Below are positions 12,831-25,939 of a DNA stretch of 64,000 nucleotides, piece after piece; position 1 is the first letter of the stretch, and each line of letters opens with the position of its first letter. The notes beneath the pieces were generated by a model, which did no database searches, was not told the DNA's origin, and was given only the letters and a program-made list of their open reading frames with translations. Both the position numbers and the translations under genes were made by a program. The stretch lies in the NCBI RefSeq assembly GCF_001194135.2, contig NC_068982.1, forward strand, positions 54,116,683-54,180,682, read 5' to 3'. This stretch comes from Octopus bimaculoides. Taxonomy: Eukaryota.

Positions 12831-13249
12831 TCGCCTGTGCAAGAAATGTTCGCCCCAGTGCTTCATCAGTTAATGAAGATCAGACAAGTGAAGACGAGGA
12901 TCAGGTTGTATACGACGAGACCATCACAACCGAGCAGTTTTAGCGATTCTTTGGTGAAAGTGATAATGAAAGTGATGGTTAATATAACTCAGTTCTTCCT
13001 TCATTTAATCTTCCGATTTCTTGTCACAATGTTTCATACGCTTTCTTACAACTTAAAACAATTTCTTGTATTTTTTTCCAATCATTACACGTGTGACTGC
13101 ATGGTTTTGTGTTTCAGTTGGTTTTGTCTGAATAATGAAAGGTATAAATCAAAATGTAAAGGAAAATTATCGTCGCAATTAAGTCTCATTACGATAAACA
13201 GGTCAACTAGCGTTGTCAAAGATAAAATTTTACATTATACAGCGGTTTC

Positions 13250-13430
13250 TAAAGTCCCTATAGTCCAGACCTTTCTCCCTGTGACTTTTGGCTGTTTTCA
13301 AAGCTGAAAGATAACCTCGGGCATAGTCATTTTGAAGATGACTGGTCACCTTCAGTTTGAAGGACTTCCATGGGGGCCTTCACAAAGCGCTACAACAATT
13401 GATATTCGTGTACAGAGGAATGCTGCTCAA
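13250..13430 (+). pseudogene. Mariner transposase C-terminal fragment
   Basis: PYSPDLSPCDFWLFSKLKDNLG..F (YSPDL motif); a mariner-like TIR tacgaggtgcattcc at ~11813 may be its 5' end. Confidence 0.7.
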
Positions 13431-13533
13431 ATTTTCCACAGGTAGTTATCAGCTCTTCAACAATAATAATGCCAAGACGATTGAGCCACGTCATTAACAA
13501 CCACCTTATTTTTATACCTATCATCATCACAAT

Positions 13534-13535
<2 letters not shown>

Positions 13536-13596
<61 letters not shown>

Positions 13597-13600
13597 TGTC
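13536..13600. repeat. (CTC)n(ATC)n microsatellite
   Basis: Direct reading. Confidence 0.95.
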
Positions 13601-14409
13601 GTCGTCATCATTGCTACCATTACCACCATGCTCATCATCGTCGCCATTATCGAGAACAAAAGATAAAGTACATTCATGCATTCATTATTATTATTATTGT
13701 ATTGCTTTTGTCGGTCGTCGAGAATGGAATAAACGTCACGGCATCCTATTAGTGTTCTTTGTAAATCTGAGGCTTAAAAGAGATAAAATAAAATTTCTGC
13801 AACGTTTATATGGTTGAACGAAGTTTAGTTGAGCGGAACTTAAGTTTGACTTACAAAAGATTTACCATTTCCAGATATGACATGAACGGCTTGTTAATAG
13901 AGAATATATGATAATTGATAAAGATTGTAACAGACTAAATTCTTTTCCGCTTAGAGGTTATAATCGTAAATGTCAGCTAAGTAATGGCTCTGTTATATAT
14001 ATATATTTTTCCTACTGTAAGTTGTAGTTGTTGTTGTTCATACTGTTATTGTCATTTTCCATACTATGCTCCACTGCACAGGAAGAGTTGTCACAAAACT
14101 ATTTCCCGAGCACAAAAACTCTCTCCTCTTCTCTTTTCTTTTCGTTTTCCTTTTCTCTGAACTGTTTGAGAGCTTTTGACACGCTTTCTGGCGCCTAAAT
14201 AATACTTCCTCTTCTATCTCGTGTGCTATACAACACGTTACAATAGATTCATAATAATATATTTTATGTTTCCACGAAGATCCTAAATCTTTTCCAGTAG
14301 TTCTACTTTTCCCCGTCTTTTTAATTTCTATTGGTATTGTTAGTGTTCGCATTTTAAAAACTTGCAATCTTAAAATATGCGGAAATACTTTAGATGTCTT
14401 TTATCGCTT

Positions 14410-14625
14410 GCCGTTACTTGGTTCAGTCATTAGACTGCGACCATGCTAGGGCAACGCTTTGAATAAGTTTTAGTCGAATGAATCGACCCCAGTACAATTT
14501 TTTGTTGTTGTTGTTAAACATGGTATTTATTCTAACGGTCTCTTTTGTCGAACCACCGAGTTACGATGACGTAAACACACTAAAACCGACGATTGTCAAG
14601 CGATAGCGGGGGGCAACCTCAGATA

Positions 14626-14640
<15 letters not shown>
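14410..14640 (-). mobile_element. SINE family A, 3' half
   Basis: gttcagtcattagactgcgaccatgct...aatcgaccccag...gacgtaaacacac. Confidence 0.8.
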
Positions 14641-14676
<36 letters not shown>

Positions 14677-14739
14677 CACACACATACATACATATATATA
14701 TATATANNNNNNNNNNNNNNNNNNNNNNNNNNNNNNNAT

Positions 14740-15630
14740 ATATAGGGAGAATTCACAAAAAAAAACAAAAGACGAAGACAGATGGTGTAGGCAACAAACA
14801 GATGTATTAGTTTAACTCCCGGGAACTGAAAAACGCTTTGACGTTTCGAGCCTACGCTCTTCCACAGAAGGGAACACAGACAGAAACAAGGAGAGAAAAT
14901 AAAGAATGTGTAGTAGCTAGCGATCTATCATGGCGAATGCCGGACAGAGGGGTCACACAGGAGAGCTAGGAAGAAGGGGAGATAATTATGTAGTGGTGAT
15001 CCCAAAACGAAGGTGCACGTGCGGGTGTATAAGAGAGCATATAAGTGCGTGTGGAACAGGGCTGGTGATCTTGACGTGTACATGTGTGTATGTTTAGGTG
15101 TATATAAAGAATATGAGGGGTTTAGTTCACTGGTAATCTAAACGAATAGGTACGCTGAGTAAGTGCTATAATTGGTCATCCGTTAGGTTCCAAGTTCAGA
15201 GCTGAGGCTGGAGCTAGGGATCCGTATTAGGCTTCCGTGTTAGCAGATATATATTAGATGAAAAGAACAACAAAACCAAGGCAGGATGAGTATCTCAAGT
15301 CATTTATAATAATTTAATTACTGCAAGGGGAATTTGAAGTGTTACAGCTGCTTCAGGCTTATCCCAAGTGATAAGCTAGCATGTCCATAGATTGGGCATC
15401 CTGTCACCAGAGACAAGGTGAGTATGTATGAAAGTTCTAGACTGGGAAATTCACAGACTATAAGGAATAGAAGAATGCAGACAGGAGAATAAAGTTCACA
15501 GCTCAACTTTTTCCAGAGGGCATGGAGATTGATCCGTACTTCCGTGAAGGTAAAGGTCCTTAGGTATAATCTCAGGTAAATCTAGGTAGTATTTTGGCAA
15601 TATTTTGAATGATGTGTTCATGTTGAAGTG
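14740..15630 (-). mobile_element. Penelope-like terminal-repeat remnants (probably two) with hammerhead-like cores
   Basis: Begin at (TA)n tracts (14740, ~15250); minus strand ctgtggaa-gagc-gtag-gctc-gaaacgtc at 14840-14867 and ctggtga-cagg...cctg-aagcagctg at ~15345-15412. Confidence 0.55.
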
Positions 15631-16138
15631 GTTAGTTAGTATGCAAATGGTCCGCCTGGGTATACAGAGTCAGAAAGACAGGCATCAAAGACAGACAGGA
15701 GTGGGATATAAGTGAGTGGATACAAGAGAGAGGAGAAAGAGAGAAAAGAAGAAGAAAGCGAGAAAAAAGAGAGAAAAGACAGGAAAGGGATAGGTGCGGG
15801 CAAGAGTGGATGGGAGCGAAAGTAAAGTAAAATCTAAAATAAAAATAAAAATGTAAAAAATAAATAAGAAATAAAGATAGAGATAATATGCCAGTATTAT
15901 TCTTCATAAGTGTCGGCTTGGGGTGAGAGGTCAGGCATGAAGGTTTTGGGAAAGTGAAGAAGGAAAGTATTTATGTCTATTAATTAAATAGATGAAATTT
16001 AGGTTAGGTGTGATCACTAGTCTGTAGGAATAGCTAAAACTAGATGCCTAGCTTAAGGAGGTATATATAGGATAAAACTACAATTAAATGGAAAAGGAAA
16101 CAAATTAAAGAATTAAAATTTAAAGCTTAAAAGTTATT

Positions 16139-16304
16139 AGGAGTGGCTGTGTGGTAAGTAGGTTGCTTACCAGCTACATGGTTCCGGGTTCATTCCCACT
16201 GCGTGGCACCTTGGGCATGTGTCTTCTACTATAGCCTCGGGCCGACCAAAGTCTTGTGAGTGGATTTGGTAGACTGAAACTGAAAGAAGCCCGTCGTATA
16301 TATG

Positions 16305-16335
<31 letters not shown>

Positions 16336-16557
16336 ATATGTTTATGTGTCTGTGTCTGTCCCCCCAACATCGTTTGAAAACGGATGGTGGTGTGTTTCCG
16401 TACCCGTAACTTAGCGGTTCGACAAAAGAGACTGATAGAATAAGTACTAGGCTTACAAAGAATAAGTCCCGGGGTCGATTTGCTCGACTAAAGGCGGTGC
16501 TCCAGCATGGCCGCAGTCAAATGACTGAAAGAAATAAAAGATAAAAGAGATAAAAGA
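16139..16557 (+). mobile_element. SINE family A, full length, young
   Basis: All modules intact; (taaaaga)n tail. Confidence 0.93.
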
Positions 16558-17162
16558 GTTAAATTACAAATTAAAGTTTCCAAAATTAAAAATTTTTTAA
16601 GGAATTTAAGCTAGCTATCTTGTAAGGTAGAAAAGAATTAATTCATTCTCTTGTNNNNNNNNNNNNNNNNNNNNNNNNNNNNNNNNNNNNNNNNNNNNNN
16701 NNNNNNNNNNNNNNNNNNNNNNNNNNNNNNNNNNNNNNNNNNNNNNNNNNNNNNNNNNNNNNNNNNNNNNNNNNNNNNNNNNNNNNNNNNNNNNNNNNNN
16801 NNNNNNNNNNNNNNNNNNNNNNNNNNNNNNNNNNNNNNNNNNNNNNNNNNNNNNNNNNNNNNNNNNNNNNNNNNNNNNNNNNNNNNNNNNNNNNNNNNNN
16901 NNNNNNNNNNNNNNNNNNNNNNNNNNNNNNNNNNNNNNNNNNNNNNNNNNNNNNNNNNNNNNNNNNNNNNNNNNNNNNNNNNNNNNNNNNNNNNNNNNNN
17001 NNNNNNNNNNNNNNNNNNNNNNNNNNNNNNNNNNNNNNNNNNNNNNNNNNNNNNNNNNNNNNNNNNNNNNNNNNNNNNNNNNNNNNNNNNNNNNNNNNNN
17101 NNNNNNNNNNNNNNNNNNNNNNNNNNNNNNNNNNNNNNNATATATATATATATATATATATA

Positions 17163-17586
17163 TACTCTTTTATTTGTTTCAGACATTTGATTGCGGCCAT
17201 GCTGGAGCAAGTAGACCCCAGGACTTATTCTTTGTAAGCTTAGTACTTATTCTATCGTTCTGTTTTGCCTAACCGCTAAGTTACGGGGACGTAAACACAC
17301 AAACATCGGTTGTCAAGTGATGGTGAGGGACAAATACAGACATACAAACACACGCACGCATGCACACACACACACACACACGAACGCGCACACGCACATA
17401 CACACACACATATATATATATACGACGGGCTTTTTTTCAGTTTTTGTCTACCAGATACACTCACAAGGCTTCGGTCGGCCGAGGCTATAGTAGAAGAGAC
17501 TTGTCCAAGGTGCCACACAGTGGGACTGAACCCGGAACCATGTGGTTGGTAAGCAAAGTACTTACAACATAGCCACTCTTGCGCCT
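17163..17586 (-). mobile_element. SINE family A, full length
   Basis: Reverse complement of the family A modules, including the (CA)(TA) core. Confidence 0.9.
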
Positions 17587-18324
17587 CAGCGGCGACTCCG
17601 GCACTCGGGCTGTTCGGGGCTAAGCCCGAGTATAAATTTAGTAAAGTGAACGTGTATTTGCAAGTTGAATCAATATCTGCCAACACTGACTTCAAGTATG
17701 TAATTTTTCAGTCAATAATTCTAGCTCCTTTAATTGAGCCTGGCCGCAGCTCATTTATTTTCGTGTTCAGCATCTGGCGGTGGTCTTAGATGTGCCCTTA
17801 TATCAAACTCGGACTCGGAAGTTACAGCGCGAGTTGTTATCTATAATCGTAAGAATTAAAAGTAATTCAAATTCAATGTTTTTCTTAAAACAATAGATTT
17901 TTATAGAGGTCAGAATTTAAATTCCAAACTATGAAAAGTTTCCGTTCTACAATATTCTTAAAGGGACGAAAACTTATCTAGTAATTCGGGCTAATACGAA
18001 CGATGTGTAGAAGAATAACTGGTATCTCTTGTCAAGAGTACAGGTGACGGTTAGATCGCTAAGGTTTGTCGTGCACTCCGCTGTCCTTATTTGATTGCTG
18101 TTATTCTGTGCATCTGTGTGTTGAGATCAGTAGTGTCTTGCAGAGTTGCTTTATTTTTACCCTTAACTTACAAATGGAGAAAGACATAGTGCTAGATATA
18201 AAGAAAAAAAAAGCCGTTTGAGGCTAGAAATAAAGCGGGAAAACGTGAAATTCTTCGAGTTGACATGTGTCATACGAAATCTGTGATGATCCCAAGTGAC
18301 GCTGATGACCTGGAGTCGCCTCTG
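17587..18324. mobile_element. Non-autonomous DNA transposon, hAT-like
   Basis: 15-bp TIRs cagcggcgactccgg and ctggagtcgcctctg (13/15 match); subterminal cgggct/agcccg motifs; no ORF; no matching 8-bp TSD. Confidence 0.6.
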
Positions 18325-18337
18325 ATATATACATGTG

Positions 18338-18598
<261 letters not shown>

Positions 18599-19305
18599 TG
18601 AAAAGTAACGCGGTATAATTAGACTCCCGATACTGGATTTATAAATTAAAGAAAAACATAAACATTATTACCTGCGTAATTAATGATATTTAATTTAGTT
18701 TTATACAATAAAGCTACGTACCTGGACCTATGATTTAGCTTGGGGTTGTACTAACAGAGTCATATTTGAATACAGAATAGAAAAACAAACGTAACGTTTT
18801 CAGACCGTAATGAAAACCAGTATAACTCAGCAATAAATTGAACAATTCTGATAAAGAATTCTTACTAAGCCATCGAGATAAGAGCAAAAGGATCATTTCT
18901 TAAGTCTTATCAAAATGTTGCAACTGTATACGATAGTGATATTAAGGGATACAGAAGGGATACTGAGGCGATAAATTTGAGGAACTAGGGAAGTACTATT
19001 AGAATGGAATGGTTAGACGGAGAAGGGGTAAGCTAAGTTTGAATTGGTTTGTGTTGTGAGAAGTGAAGGGTACGTCTAGAGAAATAAAGGAGAATGAGGG
19101 AGCAAGCTCAGTATGGTTGTTAAAACTGTAATCTAAAGTACGTGCGTGAAATTAAAATGGATTTTCCTGGCCCACTTTGCGAAAATATTGACTTAAGTAC
19201 AGGCATACTTCAAGTTACGTCGGTAAATGGTTCGAGTCATCAAAACCTACGATTTAACTTGAAAAGCAACGTAACACGAAAAAAATATTTTCAAAAATTT
19301 AATAG

Positions 19306-19525
19306 CCTTTTATTCTCTTATTTGTTTCAGTCTTTTTTGACAACGACCATGATGGAGCACCACCTTGAAGGGTTCTAGTCGAACAAATCGACCTTAGAAC
19401 TTATTTTTTTAAGCCCGGTACATATTCTATCGGTTATTTTGCCGAACGGCTAAATTACGAGGATGTAAACATGCTAACATCGGTTATCAAAAGGTGATGG
19501 GGAAGGGGGACAAACACAGACATAA

Positions 19526-19575
<50 letters not shown>

Positions 19576-19736
19576 CTACGACGGACTCCTTTCATTTTTC
19601 GTTTACCAAACCCATTCACAAGGGTTTGATCGGCCCGAGGTGATAGTAGAAGACACTTGCCCAATTAGCCATGCAGTAGAACTGACCCCGGAACCATGTG
19701 GGTAGGGAAGCAAGCTTCTTACCACACAGCTACGCC
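19306..19736 (-). mobile_element. SINE family A, full length
   Basis: Both halves plus the (CA)(TA) core. Confidence 0.88.
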
Positions 19737-20071
19737 TTTCTTTTAATAAATTGTTTGTACATATTTTCACATATATTTTCTACTTCAGTGTTAGTTTTTA
19801 AGTGACTTTTATAAATTTTTATGCCTTTAAATATGTTCACTTCGACTGAAGCTGGAGTTCATTTTATTCTTCTATTAATTTCTTAAAACAAACACATAAA
19901 TAAATANNNNNNNNNNNNNNNNNNNNNNNNNNNNNNNNNNNNNNNNNNNNNNNNNNNNNNNNNNNNNNNNNNNNNNNNNNNNNNNNNNNNNNNNNNNNNN
20001 NNNNNNNNNNNNNNNNNNNNNNNNNNNNNNNNNNNNNNNNNNNNNNNNNNNNNNNNNNNNNNNNNNNNNNN

Positions 20072-20126
<55 letters not shown>

Positions 20127-20509
20127 TCTCTCTCTCTCTAAGCACGTGAATTTGTCCTCGTAGTATGTTTAATTCTTTCGCTACGCAAAATGCTTCAATG
20201 AGAAATGTCGCTTAAAGGAAAACCTCCAAATTACGACGGAGTGAAATAGGATGATTTTTTAAGAAATTAAAAAAAATATCTTCGCAGAAAATTTTATTTG
20301 TGAGTTTAGAAGGAAGATTTTATTTTCATAAATAGGTAAATTATTAGCTACTGTCATGTTTCAGTCTTTATTTGAACATAATAATTCTCAAACATACTTG
20401 ATAAGAGAAGATAGATTTTTACCAGTCGAAAAAGTGTTAGAATGAATTTTGGGCAGAATAATAGCTAAATGAAGAGATAGATTGGGAGACGAATGGAATT
20501 TTCTACTAG

Positions 20510-20700
20510 TACCGCGTCGTCTGCAGATGAACACCATCAATCACCTGTCTCCATAATTCCTTTTTTGCATTGCTCTTGGTACACCGCTCTTCTGTAGACG
20601 AGAGTCTTCAACTACTTGGTCGATAAATGTCCAGGCAGGACGATCACTAGATCGCTTACCGTATGTTGGTTCTCACATGTTGGTTCTCACTAATTCATCC
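20510..20700 (-). pseudogene. RTE-type LINE ORF C-terminus
   Basis: EPTYGKRSSDRPAWTFIDQVVEDSRLQKSGVPRAMQKR then, after a frameshift, WRQVIDGV; resembles RTE-group C-terminal motif GKRS.GRP..T.IDQL. Confidence 0.55.
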
Positions 20701-20789
20701 TTGCTACGAAAGTAGTGTCCACAAAATCTCTGTCTTCTTTCACTTGGGCGTTTACCGTAAGTGCAAGTTTTGAAGAATGCAGTTAGATT

Positions 20790-21547
20790 TTAACAGTTAT
20801 TTTTTCAAAGCTATAATGGAACCATATTCGGTATATTTTGCTTTATGAGTTCAATAAAGACAACAACGCAACAGAAAGGGCGAGGAATATTTATGCAGTA
20901 TATTGGGATCGGAAAATAAACGTAAGTCGACGTCAACGCTGGTTCCAGAAATTCCGAGCAGGAAACTACAGCCTAGAAGACGAGCCTCGTCCTGGAAATC
21001 TGTAAAGCTCGATGAGGACGTTCTGCAAACTTTGTTGGAACAAAATCCCATCGTAACTGTTGAGGAACTAGCAGAGAAGCATGGATTTATTTAATCATTC
21101 AACCAGTCATTCAAGTCAGCGCTAGAAGGAAAACGACCATCTTTGATTTCAAGACGAAAGACGTTCTTCTATCAGGATAATGCTCGGCCACATATAGCGA
21201 GGATGACATTCCAAAGGCTGGAATAATTTGAATAGGAAGCGATGCCCCACCTACCATATTCGCCGGATTGCCCCATCAGATTATGATTTATTCCACAGTC
21301 TTCAAAATCATTTGAACGGATAAAATATGAATTCTGTAGACGAGATCAAAACAGTACTGCAGGAGTATTTTTCATCACGGACAAGTGAATTTTGGAAGAG
21401 CAGCCTTGCAAGTCTACCAGATAGATGGAAGAGCATTGTAGATAATGAAGGAGAGTTTATTTTAAATTAAAAAGAACTTTGTTTATTTTAATTTAGAAAC
21501 ATAAAAGAAGTATAAAAAAACCACATTATTTATGGAATGACCCAATA
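20790..21547 (+). mobile_element. Mariner (Tc1/mariner) transposon relic, internally deleted
   Basis: HIRYILLYEFNK...WFQKFRAGNYSLEDEPRPG; QDNARPH; PYSPD/APSDYDLFHSL; LPDRWKSIVDNEGE; 3' TIR ccacattatttatggaatgacccaa+TA ending at 21547; stops and frameshifts. Confidence 0.9.
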
Positions 21548-21989
21548 TGCATGCAGGGACTGTGATTGCATGCGATAGACGTAATAGTTCTGTACACGAC
21601 AACGATTCGTAAGCAAGTTCAACATACGGATCTTAGGCAAGTATGTAACAGCAAGTTTTCTTGTCTAACTTCGTAAAATACTAAATCCTTCTGGGTTGCA
21701 TGGACCCTTAATCAAATAGAGATAGCAGCTAGATATTTATCAAAGCACACTACATTGTCTTGAAAAAGAAGCAACCCATTGGATAATCTACTCAGAGACA
21801 GACCCATAAAGAATGACCCAATGAATAATGGAACGCATTTGATCATAGGTTCTTTTGATCAGAATTGACCCAAGGCTAAACATTAAAATAATTACGTAAT
21901 TACATCCTTGACAGGGCACACTTTCAGGCCAACTACTTCAATGTATTTCTATTTGGGTGCACTCATTATTATTATCATTATTTCTATCG

Positions 21990-22205
21990 AAGGCGGTGAG
22001 CTGACAGAATGGTTACCGCGTAATTTGAACTCAGAACTTAAGGAAGGACAAAATGCTTAGCGGCAATTCATTCTGAGTTCCTACACCACTAAGGTCGACT
22101 TTACCTTTCATTCTTTTGGGATCGATAAAATGACTACCAGTTGAACATTTGAGTCCATTTAAATCAACTTACCTCTTCCCTTATAACTGCTGGCCTTGTG
22201 AAACC
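21990..22205 (+). mobile_element. SINE family B, diverged
   Basis: ggtgagctgacagaat...aaggtcgactttacctttcattctttt.ggatcgataaaatg. Confidence 0.75.
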
Positions 22206-22269
22206 ATTATCAGTTCTATAACTTATTTACATTTGAATCATACCATATTAGCATGTTTGAAAGTTAATT

Positions 22270-22670
22270 AAACTTAACATTTGGTCTATGATTACCACAG
22301 AATGAAAAAGTCGAAGGAATCGGCCCCGGTACTTATTCTGAAGTCTGGTGATTATTCTATAGACTATTTCTAACAAACCACTAAATTACAGGACTGTAAA
22401 AGAAAACAGTACCGTCTGTTAAATGTTGGAGAATCAAACAAAAACACAAAGACAAACAGACGTTCAGGCAGACAGATAAACACACACACACACATACACA
22501 AATATACACACACAAACACGCACACATACTCGTATACACACTTATTCAACGGTTTCCACAGAGTTTTTATCGACCAAATTCTCTCACCACGCATTGGAGA
22601 CACTTGCCCAAAGTGGTCGGGTCGAAACTACGTGATTACGAAATAAATTTCTTTACCGCACAGCTATGCT
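22270..22670 (-). mobile_element. SINE family A, old and degenerate
   Basis: ccccggtacttattc...ctaaattacagg...gacacttgcccaaag. Confidence 0.55.
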
Positions 22671-22954
22671 TGCCTATAATATGTGTGTGTATACAAATAT
22701 ATAAGATTACACTAAAGCAAACGTGTGCACGCGCACTCACACTCATATACACATACATAAACACACACACACATACATACATATATGTATGTATGTGTGT
22801 CACTGACTGCGAAGTTTCATCGGAATTTACTATCACGCTCTTGTAATAGTTTAATAAATTTGTACTCTGCTGGAAAGTATTGAGCAGAAACAACAAAGTG
22901 GCTCGAAGACTGAGTTCGTGCGTTGTATACATACATACATAAATACATATATAT

Positions 22955-23030
<76 letters not shown>

Positions 23031-23977
23031 NNNNNNNNNNNNNNNNNNNNNNNNNNNNNNNNNNNNNNNNNNNNNNNNNNNNNNNNNNNNNNNNNNNNNN
23101 NNNNNNNNNNNNNNNNNNNNNNNNNNNNNNNNNNNNNNNNNNNNNNNNNNNNNNNNNNNNNNNNNNNNNNNNNNNNNNNNNNNNNNNNNNNNNNNNNNNN
23201 NNNNNNNNNNNNNNNNNNNNNNNNNNNNNNNNNNNNNNNNNNNNNNNNNNNNNNNNNNNNNNNNNNNNNNNNNNNNNNNNNNNNNNNNNNNNNNNNNNNN
23301 NNNNNNNNNNNNNNNNNNNNNNNNNNNNNNNNNNNNNNNNNNNNNNNNNNNNNNNNNNNNNNNNNNNNNNNNNNNNNNNNNNNNNNNNNNNNNNNNNNNN
23401 NNNNNNNNNNNNNNNNNNNNNNNNNNNNNNNNNNNNNNNNNNNNNNNNNNNNNNNNNNNNNNNNNNNNNNNNNNNNNNNNNNNNNNNNNNNNNNNNNNNN
23501 NNNNNNNNNNNNNNNNNNNNNNNNNNNNNNNNNNNNNNNNNNNNNNNNNNNNNNNNNNNNNNNNNNNNNNNNNNNNNNNNNNNNNNNNNNNNNNNNNNNN
23601 NNNNNNNNNNNNNNNNNNNNNNNNNNNNNNNNNNNNNNNNNNNNNNNNNNNNNNNNNNNNNNNNNNNNNNNNNNNNNNNNNNNNNNNNNNNNNNNNNNNN
23701 NNNNNNNNNNNNNNNNNNNNNNNNNNNNNNNNNNNNNNNNNNNNNNNNNNNNNNNNNNNNNNNNNNNNNNNNNNNNNNNNNNNNNNNNNNNNNNNNNNNN
23801 NNNNNNNNNNNNNNNNNNNNNNNNNNNNNNNNNNNNNNNNNNNNNNNNNNNNNNNNNNNNNNNNNNNNNNNNNNNNNNNNNNNNNNNNNNNNNNNNNNNN
23901 NNNNNNNNNNNNNNNNNNNNNNNNNNNNNNNNNNNNNNNNNNNNNNNNNNNNNNNNNNNNNNNNNNNNNNNNNNNNN
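23031..23977. other. Largest of about 14 sized assembly gaps (others include 403-823, 3527-3994, 16655-17139, 55800-56398, 56996-57662, 61730-62585)
   Basis: N runs, nearly all flanked by (TA)n, (GT)n or (GA)n. Confidence 0.99.
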
Positions 23978-24047
<70 letters not shown>

Positions 24048-24204
24048 AGGTATGTGGCATTGAGATGGTGATATTTACTTATATGACTGGAAAAGGTTGC
24101 TGTGGGGATAGAAGTGCAGCATGAAGGTAAAAATATCAAACTTGATGCCATATTCACTCGTTTGTTATCCATTTGATGTTTAGACACGAAGACAAAACAA
24201 GATA

Positions 24205-24225
24205 GCAGTAGTAGTAGAAGTAGTA

Positions 24226-24289
<64 letters not shown>

Positions 24290-24331
24290 CAGTAGTAGTG
24301 TTGGTGCTGGTGGTGCTGGTGGTGGTCGTGC

Positions 24332-24366
<35 letters not shown>

Positions 24367-24680
24367 GTGCTGGTGGTGCTGGTGATGGTCGTGCTGGTGG
24401 TGGTAGTAGTAGTTGTTGCGTTAGTTGTAGTACTAGTGGAAGTAGTCATAATTGTTGTTGCTGTTGTAATTGTAGAAGCGCCTAAAATCTATGGATGAGT
24501 GCGTATAAAGTAGACAAAGAAGTGGAGGGGGGGAGTAGAAGAAGAGGAGGAGGAGGAGTAAGAAGAAGAAGAAGAACAAGAAGAAGAAGAAAGAAGCCTT
24601 AGCGGAGTAAGAGGAGGAAAGAAGAAAGATAGAGAAAAGGAGGAGAGGCTAAGAAGAAGAAGTAGAAGAAAAAGTTCAAA
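24205..24680. repeat. (GTA)n/(GTG,CTG)n and (GAA,GGA)n compound microsatellite
   Basis: Direct reading; contains a duplicated ~60 bp sub-block. Confidence 0.95.
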
Positions 24681-25180
24681 GAAGGAAATATACGTGAGAG
24701 CAAGCGTGGGAAAATTTGTAAGATGAGGTTTTCGCGCCAAATCTATTACGATGTATAAAAATAAATAAATAAACAAATAAAGGTGGTCTGAAGAATAAAA
24801 GCAATGTAACAAAGAAAAGAAAGGACTTACAAACACGTAACGAAGGGAGAATAGCCAAGAAAGGAAAAGGGAAAAAAATATAACTATATTAAATAAAGAA
24901 ACAATGATAAAGTGACGGAGTGTTTACTGGCGTCTGGTTTAGTGTGGTGGAATGTGCATGCATAGATATATGCACACGCATACACATGTGCATGCGCACA
25001 TGTACACATAATAACTCACATGCAAACACAAACACATGCGCACGTACACACATACACATACACATTTCTTATCTGTGTATATGTTTGGATGTACACGTGT
25101 ATGCTTGTGTGCGTTTGCGTCTATGTATGTGTGTGTGTGAGAGAGAGAGAGAGTGTGTGTGTGTGTGTATGTGTGTGTTT

Positions 25181-25332
25181 GCCTGTGTGGTAAGAAGCTT
25201 GCTTCCCAACCACATGGTCCCGGGTTCAGTTCCACTGCGTGGCACCTTGAGCAAAGTGTCTTCTACTATCGCTTAGGGTTGACCAAAGCCTTGTGAGTGG
25301 ATTTGGTAGACAGAAACTGAAATAAGCCCGTC

Positions 25333-25335
<3 letters not shown>
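25181..25335 (+). mobile_element. SINE family A, 5' half
   Basis: cctgtgtggtaagaagcttgcttcccaaccacatgg...aagcccgtcg(TA)n into a gap. Confidence 0.88.
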
Positions 25336-25370
<35 letters not shown>

Positions 25371-25826
25371 NNNNNNNNNNNNNNNNNNNNNNNNNNNNNN
25401 NNNNNNNNNNNNNNNNNNNNNNNNNNNNNNNNNNNNNNNNNNNNNNNNNNNNNNNNNNNNNNNNNNNNNNNNNNNNNNNNNNNNNNNNNNNNNNNNNNNN
25501 NNNNNNNNNNNNNNNNNNNNNNNNNNNNNNNNNNNNNNNNNNNNNNNNNNNNNNNNNNNNNNNNNNNNNNNNNNNNNNNNNNNNNNNNNNNNNNNNNNNN
25601 NNNNNNNNNNNNNNNNNNNNNNNNNNNNNNNNNNNNNNNNNNNNNNNNNNNNNNNNNNNNNNNNNNNNNNNNNNNNNNNNNNNNNNNNNNNNNNNNNNNN
25701 NNNNNNNNNNNNNNNNNNNNNNNNNNNNNNNNNNNNNNNNNNNNNNNNNNNNNNNNNNNNNNNNNNNNNNNNNNNNNNNNNNNNNNNNNNNNNNNNNNNN
25801 NNNNNNNNNNNNNNNNNNNNNNNNNN

Positions 25827-25888
<62 letters not shown>

Positions 25889-25897
25889 ATACATATA

Positions 25898-25925
25898 CAG
25901 TAATCCCTCGACTATCGCGGGTGTT
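25898..25925. mobile_element. Solitary terminal fragment of the MITE at 35230
   Basis: TA + cagtaatccctcgactatcgcgg. Confidence 0.55.
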
Positions 25926-25939
25926 AGAAACAGTACTGT

